A stretch of 64,000 bases of DNA from the human T2T-CHM13v2.0 reference genome, Homo sapiens: NCBI RefSeq assembly GCF_009914755.1, contig NC_060928.1; one strand, written 5' to 3'. The number at the start of each line of letters is the position of its first letter. Positions within the stretch are counted from its first letter, which is position 1. Positions 1 to 13,640 of the stretch are shown piece after piece. The notes under the pieces were generated by a model. The model had not been told where the DNA came from, ran no database searches, and saw only the letters and a program-made list of their open reading frames with translations. A program made the position numbers and the translations under genes.

Positions 1-251
1 TGATGCTGTATTCCAAAAATTTTAAGATAACTCTTGAGTTGGTTTTTACAAGATTTTTACTTTTACTATAATTCCACAGGTTCTCTTTCTGTTTTGCTAC
101 AAGGGCTGGAATATAGAAAAATGTGATTTATGTAGAAATCTCCTTGGCATTGGCAGCATAATCCTCTCTTGAGTTAATGAATCAATCCTACTTTGTTTCT
201 AGTGACTTATTACAGGGTCATTTTACATCTGTCCAGTGGCATAGTCTAAAT

Positions 252-410
252 CAATGGTTCCCAAATGTTGGTGTGAAGAATCTCTTGGAAAGGTTGTTAT
301 AAAGATGGATTTGTAGGTCCCTTTCCAAACTCTGTAAACATGACTTCACAGGCATGTACACTGATATTTTTAACTGGTGGTCTTAATGAACTCCAATTTT
401 GAAAATGCTA
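252..410. mobile_element. MER5-like hAT-Charlie DNA transposon relic
   Basis: Begins caatggttcccaaa, contains agaatctcttggaaaggttgttataaa and ends attttgaaaatgctatg. Resembles the recalled MER5 layout but is highly diverged. Confidence 0.45.
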
Positions 411-631
411 TGAAAGATTCATCAAGATTGTTTTCCCAACAGAACAACCTGCTTTGCTGATTGATACGGTGTTTATAGACTTGTTAAAAGTTGCTAGGTC
501 ATTTCTAGGAAAGAAGGATATTTCAGTTATAATTTTTAAAAACTCTTATAATTTAAAAGCATGGCAGTTTATGAGTTAATAAAATGGTTGAACTTGTTTC
601 AGAATCTGTTCTTTATATTTCACTTATTTAA

Positions 632-991
<360 letters not shown>

Positions 992-2149
992 GTAAATAAA
1001 CTTTTTAAGTAAATACAGTTAATTAGGATTTCAGACAAATTACCAACCTCAAGCAACTGACCCATTCTTTCAGGAAAAAAGTCTGGGATATAATAAATAC
1101 TTTTCAGGTAAAATGTCAGGGATATATTAAATATTACTGATTGGCTAGGGAACAAAAATTAGGCAATAAAAGACTTAGGGCACTTGGCATATAAGCATAT
1201 GAGAAATTTAAAATAAATATTCAAGACTGTGGCTAACATGCTTTTTCCTAGAGGGAGAAGGGAGGTCTCAGGTGCAGAACGTGAAACCAATCCACTGTTT
1301 AAGTGATTTTAGCAGAAGACATCAAATGCATTTTATTGGGGGAAGTCTAACATAATTACTCAATCAAGAATATGAAAATGAGGGATTATATGCTGACAGA
1401 ATAGCCATTCAATACATCCACCAGGAAAGTAAATGGCAAAAAAATATTTTGTGTGAATTATTGAACACTTGATGTCAGGGCCAGTCTCAGTAAAACGGAT
1501 GAATAAAGGAAATGCATTGAGAGAAAGTTAGAAATGTAATTGGTATTGAAAGAAGGATTTTTTAAACTTAGTATCTGATTGGCTTAAAGCTCTGTTATTA
1601 AACAATAGAATTTAAAGAGTCTATTGGGGGCTAACAGCAAAAGTATTTCTGAAACTGATTATTAGTTATTCAAAAATTACTGTGAAGAGGCCTCGCTTTA
1701 GATTTAGGCTGATTTGATGGCCACCCCACTGAGAACTACATGTAGAGTAAGCACTAGAAGGTGCAGTAAAGAGAGAAAAGCACTAGAAGGTGGAGTATGG
1801 AAGGCAAGGAGCCTTGGAAAGTAGGAAGAGAGAGAGAACGTTGCCTGGAGTGACCTCTTAGGAGAGAATCAGGAAGAAGCCTCACCACAGACACAGCAAG
1901 GCAAAAGAGTTTGATTATGGTCTCATAGAGAAAGTTCAGAAAGTTGTCATTAGCATTGTTAACATGGCTTACTGCTGATTCAAGAAAAATGGTAGAGTAA
2001 GGATCATAATAAATGTGTAGCCTATTTCTAATTAAAAAGTGTTTATATTGGACTAAAATTGTATGAGGATTAGACGATGCCATATTCTTAGAAAATGGCT
2101 TAAGCCATTCTTGAGTCTCACTTTCATTAGAACTTCTAATGTGATGTCC

Positions 2150-2895
2150 AGTCAATTCCATTTCCAAATTATTTGTTGCCAAATCCGTCATTTGTTTTCT
2201 TCTCCATGTCTACTGCTACTACCCCAAGCTAACACACCACCCTCTCTTCCATGAACTATTGTGATTTTCTAATTCAGCTTCTCACTTCAATTCCAGCTTC
2301 CCTCCAACCCACTATCCACCCACTATGGAAGGATCTCTTTTAGCTGATCATGTTCCTGATTAAAATCTTTTCTTGGCTTTTGATTGCACTTAGAGTAAGT
2401 TAGAACCTGATTGCAAGGCTTTCATAGGTGACCCCTGCTGACCTGCCCTGTCATCCAGCCATACTTCCTTCCTTTTATACCTCACCCTTCCCAAACTCTA
2501 TTCAAGAGCCCCTCTGCCTCCATACCTTCACACACGCCCTGGTGCATCATTTGCTTGGACCAATCTGTCTTACTTTTTTGTTAATAGTTGGATATTTCTC
2601 AGGCATCTTCTAAATATCTAATGTATGATAAATCACCATTGTCCCTTTTCATAGTATTTTGTCTTTTTCCATTACTGAATATACCAATGTGTAATTAGAT
2701 ACATTTATCTGATGATATAACATACTATATACCCCATGAAGAAAACATTCCTATTCTATTCTATTCTATTCTATTCTATTCTATTCTATTCTATTCTATT
2801 CTATTCTATTCTATTCTTCTACACATTCTATCTAGCACTTAGAATGGAGCTTGGCATATAGTAGATACTCAGTAAACATTGATTGGATTAAGAAA
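2150..2895 (+). mobile_element. L2 LINE 3' fragment, interrupted by a (CTATT)n repeat
   Basis: Pyrimidine-rich L2-like text (ctgatcatgttcctgattaaaatc; gacccctgctgacctgccc) and an L2-type terminus (cttggcatatagtagatactcagtaaacattgattg). Confidence 0.7.
2751..2815. repeat. (CTATT)13 perfect pentanucleotide microsatellite
   Basis: 13 uninterrupted ctatt units read directly. Confidence 0.98.
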
Positions 2896-3489
2896 TGCAT
2901 AAATTAAAAGTAGAAGAGATTGGGTCAAGAATTAACTAAAGCAATAAGCCATCACCAAGTACACTGACTTATTGCAGGTATCTCTTTTGCAGAGGGAGAA
3001 GTGAGTTACTGTTTCACAGATGAAAGTGTTAACCTCAAGTTTGGGGTTTGCCATAGACCTCTGCACTGTGGAAAACACATGTTCATTAACATAGCAGAAA
3101 GGCAGTATGAGTTTTAATGTGAAATTCATAATTCTTCAGGTCAACCAATTACATTGATATAATATTTCCAGTGGCTGTAGGCTATACCACTGCGTGGATT
3201 TTGTATGGGTCAGATTTTTTTTTTGCTTGTTGATGATGGCCTGTATTTAACATACCTGATTGCAGCAACACTGTATGAATATCTGAATTTTATTCTTGAA
3301 AAAATACCACATCAGTAGCAAAATGAAAAGCTCGTCCTCTAAACCGTAAAAACATGTGATTTATGCATTCATTTGATAATTCTCGTGCTTTACCATTTCC
3401 TATAGTTATTGTGCGCTTGTCTTATTCTAACTACTGGCTTAGCAAATAAGAAACATTGGGGATTGGGAACTACCTCTTATACATCTTTT

Positions 3490-3735
3490 TTTTTCTTTTT
3501 TTTTACTTTAAAGAGATTTTGTTAAATTTATGGATTAATTTTGGGAGAATCAACATGTTAACATATTCAATTTTTTTATCACATGACAAGGGATGTCTTC
3601 TCATTACTAATAGCTTTTTAAACTTTACCTTGTATGTCCTTGTAAGTTTTATTAAATAAGCTATGTACATTTCTTATTAAATGTACTCTATTTAATTTTT
3701 TATTTCAAATAAAATATGTTTTTATTATATTGTCT
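3490..3735 (-). mobile_element. Old L1M fragment
   Basis: T-rich antisense L1-like text (gttaaatttatggattaattttgggagaatcaacatg). Confidence 0.5.
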
Positions 3736-3741
3736 AACTAT

Positions 3742-3955
3742 CACATGGACACAGGGAGGGGAACCTCATACACCGGGGCCTGTGGGGGCCGGTGGGAACA
3801 AGGGAAGGGAGAGCATTACGACAAATACCTAATGCATGTGGGGCTTAAAACCTAGATAATGGGTTGATAGGTGCAGCAAACCACCATGGCACATGTATAG
3901 CTATGTAATAAACCTGCACATTCTGTGCATATATCCCAGAACTCAAAATAAAAAA
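3742..3955 (+). mobile_element. L1PA (approx. PA8-PA10) 5'-truncated 3' end
   Basis: cacatggacacagggaggggaac...gggttgataggtgcagcaaaccaccatggcacatgtatagctatgtaataaacctgcac...aaaataaaaaa, the typical L1PA 3' UTR. Confidence 0.92.
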
Positions 3956-4544
3956 TATGTAAGGAGTTTTCCTCTAGACCAGTAATAACTCTTACACATG
4001 TTTATATACAGAACATGATTTAGTATTTGTTGAATTAAATGGATCTGACCTATAATTTTAGTAAGATTCTGCTCTTTAAAAACCAAGCAACCATCAGCTC
4101 TTATTGAATTTGATAGAAGATTTCTGGATTGTTGAGCCTTTGACTTCTGCATGTCCCCTACCTTGTATTTGTTTGGGTGGTTGTCATCATCCCAAGAAAT
4201 ACCCAAGATAAGAAAAAAGGATGTAATTTGAATGAATGATTCTTTTACTTGAAAATCTTTTGAGAAATGTTCAGGAGGTTCAAAAACACTTAAAATATTG
4301 ACTTTAAATGTCACTTGGGAACCATTGTTTAATTCCATTTAGTCATGCTTCTTTGTTAGTACAGATGACCAACTTTTGTTCTGAATAATTATAATCCCTA
4401 AGATTTTTCATAAGTAGGAAGATTGAGGGAGAAAAATACCTTGTATGATTGCTTGAATCCTAAGTATATAACCTAATCTCTCAGCTTGGACACTCTTGAA
4501 GTTGCAGAAGAAATGGGAAGACATTTAACAATCTATAATGAAGT

Positions 4545-4685
4545 GAGTAGAACAGGTATAAGCTTAGGATTTAAATATATCTAGGTGTGAATGCTTCCTC
4601 TGCCGTTTACTAGCTGTGTGACCTTGTGGAAATTATTTTACCCCTCTAAATTTCAGTAGGCCTACCTGAAAAAATGAGACATTTA
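4545..4685 (+). mobile_element. MIR SINE
   Basis: MIR core: tctgccgtttactagctgtgtgaccttgtggaaattattttacccctctaaatttcagt. Confidence 0.8.
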
Positions 4686-4942
4686 TATTTTCATCTCTAG
4701 ATTGTAAGCCCTTTCTATGAATTGCCTGCTCATATCCTTTGCCAATTTTTCTATGTGATGATTGGTTTTCCTGCTGATTTATATATTCTAATCTGTTTTT
4801 CTGTATTTATTTCTTAGTTATGTGTGTAGAAAATATCTTCTGTGTTTAGATGTTTTTTACCTTTGTAATTTTAAATATATATTTTCAATTATACTTATTT
4901 AATTTACAAATTTGACTAAGTTTATAAGTATTTCCTTTCATG

Positions 4943-5000
4943 TCTAGTTAACAATTCCTTTTATATCTAGTTAACAATTCCTTTTATATCTAGTTAACAA
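4943..5000. repeat. 23-bp tandem repeat, 2.5 copies (tctagttaacaattccttttata)
   Basis: Two exact copies at 4943-4965 and 4966-4988, plus a 12-nt partial copy. Confidence 0.95.
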
Positions 5001-5079
5001 ACTCATTCCCACCCACAATACTATATTTTGTCTTATTTCTTCAGAAAGTATTATAACTCTTTGTAATCTTTAATCTACC

Positions 5080-5522
5080 TGTTTTAGGTTGGATTCTCCT
5101 AAAAGCAATGCCTGAGGCAATGATTAGATTAAAATAAGTTTATGTGGGAGCTGAAGCCAGAAAACACTTATAGGGAAATGAGAATGCTAAACAAGGAAAG
5201 GAAAGAAACCTATGAAAGAGGCATTATCAAGCCGGTTATCGCTGTGGGCCACTGAGGTTCAATCTCTCTGGGAAATCCTGGAAGAAAAGTGTAGAATCAG
5301 AGTTATCCTTCCTGAGGGGCAGAAAATGGAATGCCTCACGTCCATCTGTCATTGGCTGAGGGCTGCTCTCAGGGGTATTAACTTCCAGGCACTTCTGGTC
5401 TGGCCCAGTTAGGTGAACAAAAGCCCACAGGCAGAGTCCAGGTGCTTGAATAGGATGCATTGGCATGGATTGAAATCTGATGCCAAGGGAATATGGATGG
5501 GGTACCCATGGCATCTGCTAAG
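5080..5522 (-). mobile_element. ERVL solo LTR (LTR16C-like)
   Basis: Minus strand starts tagcagatgccatgggtaccccatccatattcc, contains cagccaatgacag and ends caggcattgcttttaggagaatccaacctaaaaca. Confidence 0.75.
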
Positions 5523-7569
5523 ATATTTGAAATTCATTTTTATGTATTTTGTGAAATGGGGATCAAATTTTACTGTTTTTGTATGGATGAGCAAGGTTTT
5601 AGAGTTACTTACTGAACGGTTGTTCTTCTCTGCTGGCCATGCAGTTCCATTTCTGCCATAAACCAACTTTCCATACACATATGGATATGTTTCTAAGCCC
5701 TTGGATCTGTTCTTTTGGTCTATTTTTTCTAATCTTTTACCAATTCCACAGATTTCAGTTAATATATTCTTATAATTGAAATTTTAAATAATGAAACAAT
5801 TCAAGCACAGACAAAATCAGAAAATACATGTAAAGCTGACAATTGCTTTTCCCCCCTCTTTTACAGTATTTTCCTGATTATATTTTCCAAGGATGAGTTT
5901 TAGGATCAGCTTGACCAGTCACATCTGCACACACACACACACACAGTTAAATTTTTTATTGCACTTATGTTAATTATAAACAGTAATGGCCCTCTCATCC
6001 AATATAAAAGTTTTCTCTTTTTATGCTTTTCATAATCATCTATTGCTTTGTAACTATTGCTTACCTCTTATTTTAAAATTGATTCCTGCTTATTTTAGAA
6101 GGCTTTCCACTCTTGCTAATGAGATTTTCATAGTAAATTATCTATTGGGTTTTTCTTGGTCTAAAGGAATGGTTTTATGCCTGAGAACTGCACTAAACTC
6201 TATTATTAGTAGACAGTATAGATTTTCTTGGACTTTCATTAAAGATAATCATATAAACTGTAATTAATAAATATTTTTCTTGCATTTTATCCTCATAGCA
6301 TATATTTTCTTGACTTACTACAAATATATATTATTTCTAACCCAATATTAAACAGAGTTAACAGTAGATATTCTAAAATCATCTCCATTTATCATGATTT
6401 TCATATTGACTTTTGCTGGACTCCCTGTAACAAATTTTAAAAGCTTATTTATTTTCCTTGTTTACTAACGGTTAATATGGAAATCATTAACATTATAAAC
6501 ATTTTTTATCTGCATCTCTGTAGATGATTGCATGTTTCTCTCCTTTTATCTGTTAATGTGTTTGCATGCATTAATATATTTTTGAATGTCAAAGAGTTCT
6601 TGAGTTTCTGGGAAAATCTTTACTTTGTGGTAGCATAAGTTTAATATCTTTTTTATTTCACTTGCTAATCAGAATTTTTAAAGCCATTACTAATAATTTT
6701 CCTTTGCTCGAATGTTCTTGGCTGATATATGACATTATTTCAGATTCAAAAACAGAGTTGAGTAATTCTGCCTTTTTATTCTCTGCAATAATGTGCAAAA
6801 GATGTATATCATCTGGTTTTTGCAATTTTTCTAATTATGTAGATATGCCTTTGGTTTAGAAATATTCAGAAATGGTTCAACTACAGTAATAGTTGTAGTT
6901 CTTGAATATTATAGTTATTTTTTAAATTCAGTAAATAAAATATCTTTTTCTAAAACGTTGTTTATTTTCTCTAAGTTTTAATTATTGGGATAAAATTATT
7001 TATGCTATTTATTCAGTGTTTATTCATTTCTACCAAATCAATAATTTTGACCTCTTGGCATTTCCTAAGAAGCTCGATTTTGTTTTATTTCTATTTAGTT
7101 TCCATAAATATGTCAAAATGTTTCTCTAATAAAACAGTATTTTTATATATGTAGTTTTTCCTTTTACTTATTTGCTCTCTATTTTTCTGTGCTTTCCCAA
7201 ATTTTAAAAAAAATTATGATCTTATTGGTTGGTATTCTCCTCTACTCTCATGAGTTTGGTTTTTATTATCAACCTTCCTTTACACGTGAATTTGTGGCTT
7301 GGTAATTTTCAATCTATCATACTTTTATTGGGTGAATTATGAGCTATAAATTTTCTTTAGCTGCATTTCTGTGATTTTTGATATGCAGCAATTCAATGAT
7401 TTCATTTCTATATATTCTTTAATTTTCATTATAGTTGATTCTTTGAACCATGAATTATATAGTTGAGATTTTTAAATTTCCATATGAATGATTATTTGGG
7501 TATTCCTTTTTGGTATTGATTTTAAGTACCATCATACTGCAGCCCAGTAGTGTGATCTCTCTGTAAATA

Positions 7570-7630
7570 TTTGGTAAATATAGAGATTCTTTGGTAAATA
7601 TAGATTATTTGGTAAATATATAGATTCTTT
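7570..7630. repeat. 18-20-bp tandem repeat, about 3 copies (tttggtaaatata(ga)gatt)
   Basis: tttggtaaatata occurs three times in tandem. Confidence 0.9.
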
Positions 7631-10600
7631 TTAAAAAATATGCATATAGGTAGTTTGTGAATGGTCTTTTGACAAACCTGTGAGTCATCTAAACGTTGTT
7701 TGCAAGACTCTATGTATGTTCAGTAGTTCAATTTGCCAGCTTTGTTCAAACCTTCCATAGCTTCATGAGTTTTGTTTTTACTATGCTGTATTTACCAGCT
7801 GGAAATTCCTAAATTGTTATGTTTGTGGTTTTATCAATTTCTGTGTCAATTTGTGACAACTTTGGCTCTACAGACGTTGAGACACTGCTTTTAGGATCTA
7901 GATTGTTATATTTTCTCTGTGAACTGATTGTTTTAATAATCAATAAAGACTCTCTCTAGTCTAAAAATGTATTTTTTCATAAGTCAGTTTGCCTTTTATT
8001 AATATCATTGCACCTTTTTCTTTCAGTTGGTGTTTCTCTCACATATTTTTGTGTATGTCTTTAGATTGATTTTGCACGTGTCACTGTTTTGTAGTTTGTT
8101 TCCTTTAGCTAACATATATTTTAACATTATCCTTGATGTTTTTCTTTTTAAAAAATTCCACCTCAAAACACATGTTTCTTAAATAAATGACATAGTCTTT
8201 TTTTCACTTGTTTCCATTACCAATTTTACCATTTTATTACAGATTTTTATTTATTGTGCTTTTCGTTTGTCTTTTCTATTGTATATCAGTTATTTCATTG
8301 ATTTAATTTATTCAGTTCTCTTTTTCTAATTCTGGAAGTTAGCAATATTATCATTACTCTTCAGTGGTTTCTCTTAAAATTGTAACTTTCTCCCTTGACT
8401 TGAGTAAAGTGTTAATCATTATTTCTATTATTTTCCTCAACAAGGCAAAGGTCTTAAAATGATTTGATTTTGATCCTATCCTTCTGTTTTATGGAGTTTT
8501 TAAAATATCTCAGTCTTTTGGAGATTGAATATCTTTGTCTTCTGGTCTCTGTAGTTGTTGTTGATAGGTCTGCTGTCAGTTATTTTTTTATTCCTTTGTG
8601 TGTAGCCTCTTTAAACTTCTGGTTGCTTTAAACATTTTCTCTTCATTTTAAATGATGTACAGTTTTATTAAAAAGGTCTAAGAATTAATTTTAATATAGA
8701 TCAGTGTGTTTCTTTAAACCTGGAATCCAGCTTTCCCTTAGTTATAAGAAATTCTCAGCGAATATATCCTAGGATGTTACTTTTCTGTAGTCTGATAATA
8801 GCCTGTGTCTGGAACACTTATTAGATATACATTGGACCCTTCCTTTCACTTACATGGCTCTAGCTCATATTTTCCATTTCTTTTTCAAAATGGGCTCCAT
8901 TCTGAGGACTCTTATCAGAGCTGTCTTCGAATTCATTACTTTCTCCAAAGTTCTATTTATGTGTTTAAAAACTTATTCATTGTATTGTGAATTTAAATAT
9001 TTATCCTATCTATAAATTGTTTCTTTTTCACATTTGCCTATTTAAATTTATAATTGTCTTTATTGAGTCTATTGTTCTGTATATGCAGTCACTTGAAGCA
9101 CAAATACTTTGTATGTCTTAAAGGATTATGCTGCCATCTCAGGTTCACTTAGGTTTGAATTCATTTGACTGTGTGTTGGTATACTGTACCCCGTAGTGAT
9201 TTGTTTACCTGTATGGTTAAACGGTTTTTGTGACCTAATCTCCAGTGAGGTTTTCTTCCCCTCTCTTGTAGAAGTCCCATACTCTTTCAGTTGTAAAAGT
9301 GTATACAGAGAAATTCTGTACTTGTTGCTCTCAAGATCCCAGTGATTTCACCAATCTGGGACAAGTTTTATAACTTAATTTATCAATTTAGCATCTATTA
9401 CTCCATAGTTCCTATAAAGTAGATTTTAATCTGTGCATAGCTGAGGTTTCAATTTCCAGCCAGAGGCAGGGCAGATGAAAGTCCTCCCTGATGCTTCCCA
9501 GAGTCTGACGGAGGAGAGCTTCTATTTCCCTTTAAGGGACCTCTAGGGATTTCAGCTTTGTGCAGGGGTCTTTCTTCCAGCTCCCTGTCTGGTGCAGAGA
9601 GAGAACAGTTTTATCTCTGTGTGGACATTAACATCTAGCTCTCAGCCAGTAGGGGCCATATTTGAGTCCATACCATTTGCACCCTTACCTCTGAGGCATC
9701 AACTCATATGTTTACAGCTCTGCCTTGGAGTTTATTCCTTCATTTTCAGCACCTAGATATTTTTCATTCTTTCTTTGATTATATCTATGTACAGAAAATA
9801 AGTGTTTATTATATTTTATTTAAAACGTCTACGTATTGTGAGTAAGTCGGCCTCATCTCAGTCTGCCATGTTTCTATAAGTTCTAAAACAATTTTTTTTA
9901 GGGCTGTCTGCCACATATCTGGAGGCCCTGCTGTGAAGAGAAAGGCAGAGGTTTTATTTTTTCTGGTAACTCAGGCAACAGGAGTTATGCTAGAATTTCC
10001 GGAATTTCTTTTCTCTCTTTACAGAGTTTTAAAAAGAGACAGAATGGAAGCATCTTGTGTTTTTGCTATTCTGAAAAATTCTTAACTTCAGGAGCCAATA
10101 TGAGACCCCAGTGCCCTGAGTGAAAGAAATGAACCCAGGTCACAGATGCTGGGTCCCTCTCTCTTGCTTCAACAAAAAGCAATGTGGAAAATAAGCACAC
10201 TCATCGTATCTAATATGATATGTGCTAAAAGAAAATCTTCCTATTTTTTCCTGTGCTAATTAGCCTGTATCTTTCAAATGGGGGAAACTTTTTCCTCTAA
10301 ATGTGAGAAACAGCGATAAACATGTCCTGATCTACTGCTAAGGGGCGCAGGAATGAATCCTCACTAGTTTAGAAGATTATTATGTATGGCTTATTCAATT
10401 GTTGGCTATGGGGCATTTTTTACCTAGTCTTGGATTTTCCTCCCTCCAAAAAGGACTTGTCTAGTCTCTTCACACACACAGTAGCCTACATTCACGTACA
10501 CACACGCGGCCTTGGACATACAAGCAAGCACACCCAGAATGAGAAAAGGAAAGAGCATTTCTATATTGTTGAAATGGGGGGAGTAATTTTGTTTTCATCT

Positions 10601-11026
10601 GAGTTCTGGTATAAAATTGAGATTATAAGAGATGGGGGAGCATGAAGATAGGGCATGAAAGAGAGAAAGGGGCAGACATAATTCTGGGTTGGACTTACAG
10701 TGTCTAATAGAGGGAAGCTCATGGTGGAAAAGAATACAGCTGATGATGGATTGGGAAAAATACAGAAAATAAGTGATGCGAAATAAGCTGACCCAGCTTT
10801 AGTTTTAAAAACCATTTTGATAGGCTGTGCCACACACATGTCATGACCAAGGTCCACTACAATGTAGTGAGCCCCTAAGAGTCCCCAGCATGTTGTGTGA
10901 AACATACTGATTTAAGAAGCGTGAAGTAGCATATTGACAGAAGCTCATTTTTCTTTTTTTTTTTTTATTCCTGAAGTGCATCTCCAGTGAACACTGCTTT
11001 GAGGTGTTGTCCAGTTAAAGATACTA

Positions 11027-11320
<294 letters not shown>

Positions 11321-12992
11321 AAGGATACATTTAACACAGGGTGATTCCATTATAAATGAAAATACATAGTATAGAAAGGAAGAAACATTAATATACCCTC
11401 TGATTATGACCGATGTGTGATTATTCACAAAGAGAAAAGGAAAATGGCATTTAATGAACAACTGCTATGTGTAAGGCATCATCCTAGGTCATTTATAACA
11501 AGACAGGTCATTTGTAACAAACTGCTTTTTAAGTAGTACTTAGAAAGATGGAGTTTCCCCCTCACAATCTGGCCTCAATGATCTGAAAAACACTATGTCT
11601 TGGAGATTCATATCACCTTCTGTTGAAATACCCATTGGATAAAAATAAAGATATCTGATTATAGTAGATTTTGCCCTTTTGCTTATTCACACGTTTATTC
11701 ATATGCGTCTAGCATAGTATGTGCAATAACTACATTTAAAATATTTGAAAAGAATGTTAATTCCATCACACTAACACTACTATGAAAGAAGTTTGGTTTA
11801 TCTATATGAGATATATATCTCTAATATTAAAGACATGAACATATTTTAGTAGAATATGTATCAGGTACTCAGATTTTTTTAAAAGTCCACATTTGTCTCT
11901 TGCATTGATGCGTATGTGAAATCGACTAGTACAGCAGTCATTTGCAAGGTTCACATGTGGTTCTTGGAAAATCTAGGTCATCTCTCAATTTCGGGATGCT
12001 AAATTGCGTATAAAGCAGGTCAGCTGTCCTGCACTGCTGATTTACAGCACCATGACAGCCTGCTATTTGCCTTTTAAGAGTTAAATTGTATCTGCTAATC
12101 CTAGCTTTTAAGCAGCTAAAACTGACATTGCTTAATTTACTTGTAACCCTTATAACAGACTTTTAGCAGAGGGTATTGGTCTTTGTACTGGATTGAAAAC
12201 TGGAAGTCCCATAGGAAATTGACTAAAACTATTATCATAGTTAAGGTTGCCTATCATTCTAATTATAATTCACATCCAATAATGAACACCTTGTTCAATA
12301 ATATTTAATTCAAATCATGATGCCGAGTATAAAATTACATATCGAGAGAATTCATTAGAAGTTTCAAAAGTAAGCTGAGTAAATGTGCCTCGGAGAATGT
12401 ATTTGATGAATTTGTAAAAGTATTTAAATTAGATCTGTAAAGTATTATGAAAAATCCACAAGGGATGCACAATTAGGCGAATAAGCTCTTCAAGGCCAGG
12501 AGCTGCTGGGCATTCACTGCAAAATGCTTTCTGATATATTGTTTACGCAAAGCAGAGATATGGGAGGGGGAAGCCATAATATACAACAAAGCAGAAACGC
12601 AGCAGAGGTGACGCCAAAAGTAATTGAATAAAAAATAAGTAATTCCCTCATAATTAGTTCTTTACCCTTTGCCTACATATTATTCATATGTCACCAAAGT
12701 ATGTTTAATATGGGACAAATGGTTATTTAATTTATGCATGTTTTATAAAGTCCATAATGTATGAGCTTCATGAAAAGCTCATTCATAACAAGGTCTCCTT
12801 CAAGCTGTAGTGTGTAGGTTACACAATGCTGAATGTATAATTATGTAATTTATAACACTTAAACTGGTTATATCTATAGTGATTGTATATTAATATTCTG
12901 ATGATGGATGAAAATGTTGTCCACTTTAATTTATGTTGTGCTCGTTACCATATAGCTAGGGTAATTTCAAAATTTAATAAATGTACCTATTG

Positions 12993-13640
12993 GTTCATTC
13001 ATTCATTCTTTTGCATATGTATTTACTTTGTTCAATGTTTATTGAACGGTAACTAGATTCCAGATGTTGTGCTTGATTCGTGGTGAAGAACCAACCAGTA
13101 AAGATCAAGAAGATACATGGTTCATCTTATAGTGGAGCTTACATCCCAACAGGGGAGAGTCATTTCATAAATAGCCTCACACATAGTGCAACATTGAAAA
13201 ATAAATAATTATCTAAAGCAGGAGACAACAAGCTTTTTCTGTAAAGAGCCAGATAATAAATACTTTGGGTGATGTCAGCCATACAATCTCTGCTGTGTCT
13301 ACTCATCTCTGCAGTGGTGGGGCAAAAGCAGTCATAGATAACACATAAATAAATGAGTATGGCTTTGTCCTAATACAACTTTGTTTACCAAAAACAGGTG
13401 ACAGTCTAGACTTGGGCCATAGGTTGTAGTTTGCCAACCCCTGCTCTAGATACGAGATAGAGAGTCCCAGGGCAGTATAGAAAAAAATTTTCCTCTAGAG
13501 TAAGCAAGGGGTAGCTAGTGAAACTTTTACTGAAGAGTGACATGTAGGGCAAGATTAGTGGAAAATATCTAGATGATAAGTGGAAAGTAGTTGGTGTAGA
13601 GGACAGTTTTAAAGAAGATCTAGATAGCCATATTGCCAGA
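12993..13640 (-). mobile_element. L2 3' fragment interrupted by MER58A
   Basis: ttcattcattcattc...gtttattgaacggtaactagattccagatgttgtgc...ggagcttacatcc, the antisense L2 terminus. Confidence 0.6.
13219..13443. mobile_element. MER58A hAT-Charlie non-autonomous DNA transposon
   Basis: caggagacaacaagctttttctgtaaagagccagataataaata...gtagtttgccaacccctg. The 8-bp flanks atctaaag / ctctagat fit the NTCTAGAN hAT target. Confidence 0.88.

Larger units (their letters stand above)
4690..9875 (-). mobile_element. Long, ancient, degenerate L1M (L1MD/L1ME-type) element interrupted by an LTR
   Basis: About 5 kb of T-rich antisense-L1-like sequence (ctgctcatatcctttgccaatttttcta; gagttttaggatcagcttg; gttgttgataggtctgctgtcagt), ending in a 5'-end-like motif tcagtctgccatgtt. 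No intact ORF. Confidence 0.6.

Noticed and set aside
10025-10138. Plus-strand exon after a strong polypyrimidine acceptor at 10024
   Set aside because: The downstream donor (CAG|GTCACA) is weak, and isolated acceptors are frequent by chance.
10335-10348. Second CTCF site (ctgctaaggggcgc)
   Set aside because: Two mismatches at highly constrained core positions; not supportable without ChIP data.
12042-12062. REST/RE1 site (tacagcaccatgacagcc)
   Set aside because: The half-site spacing is one base short of canonical CAGCACC-NN-GGACAG and the right half lacks a G. More simply read as a TGACAG motif.
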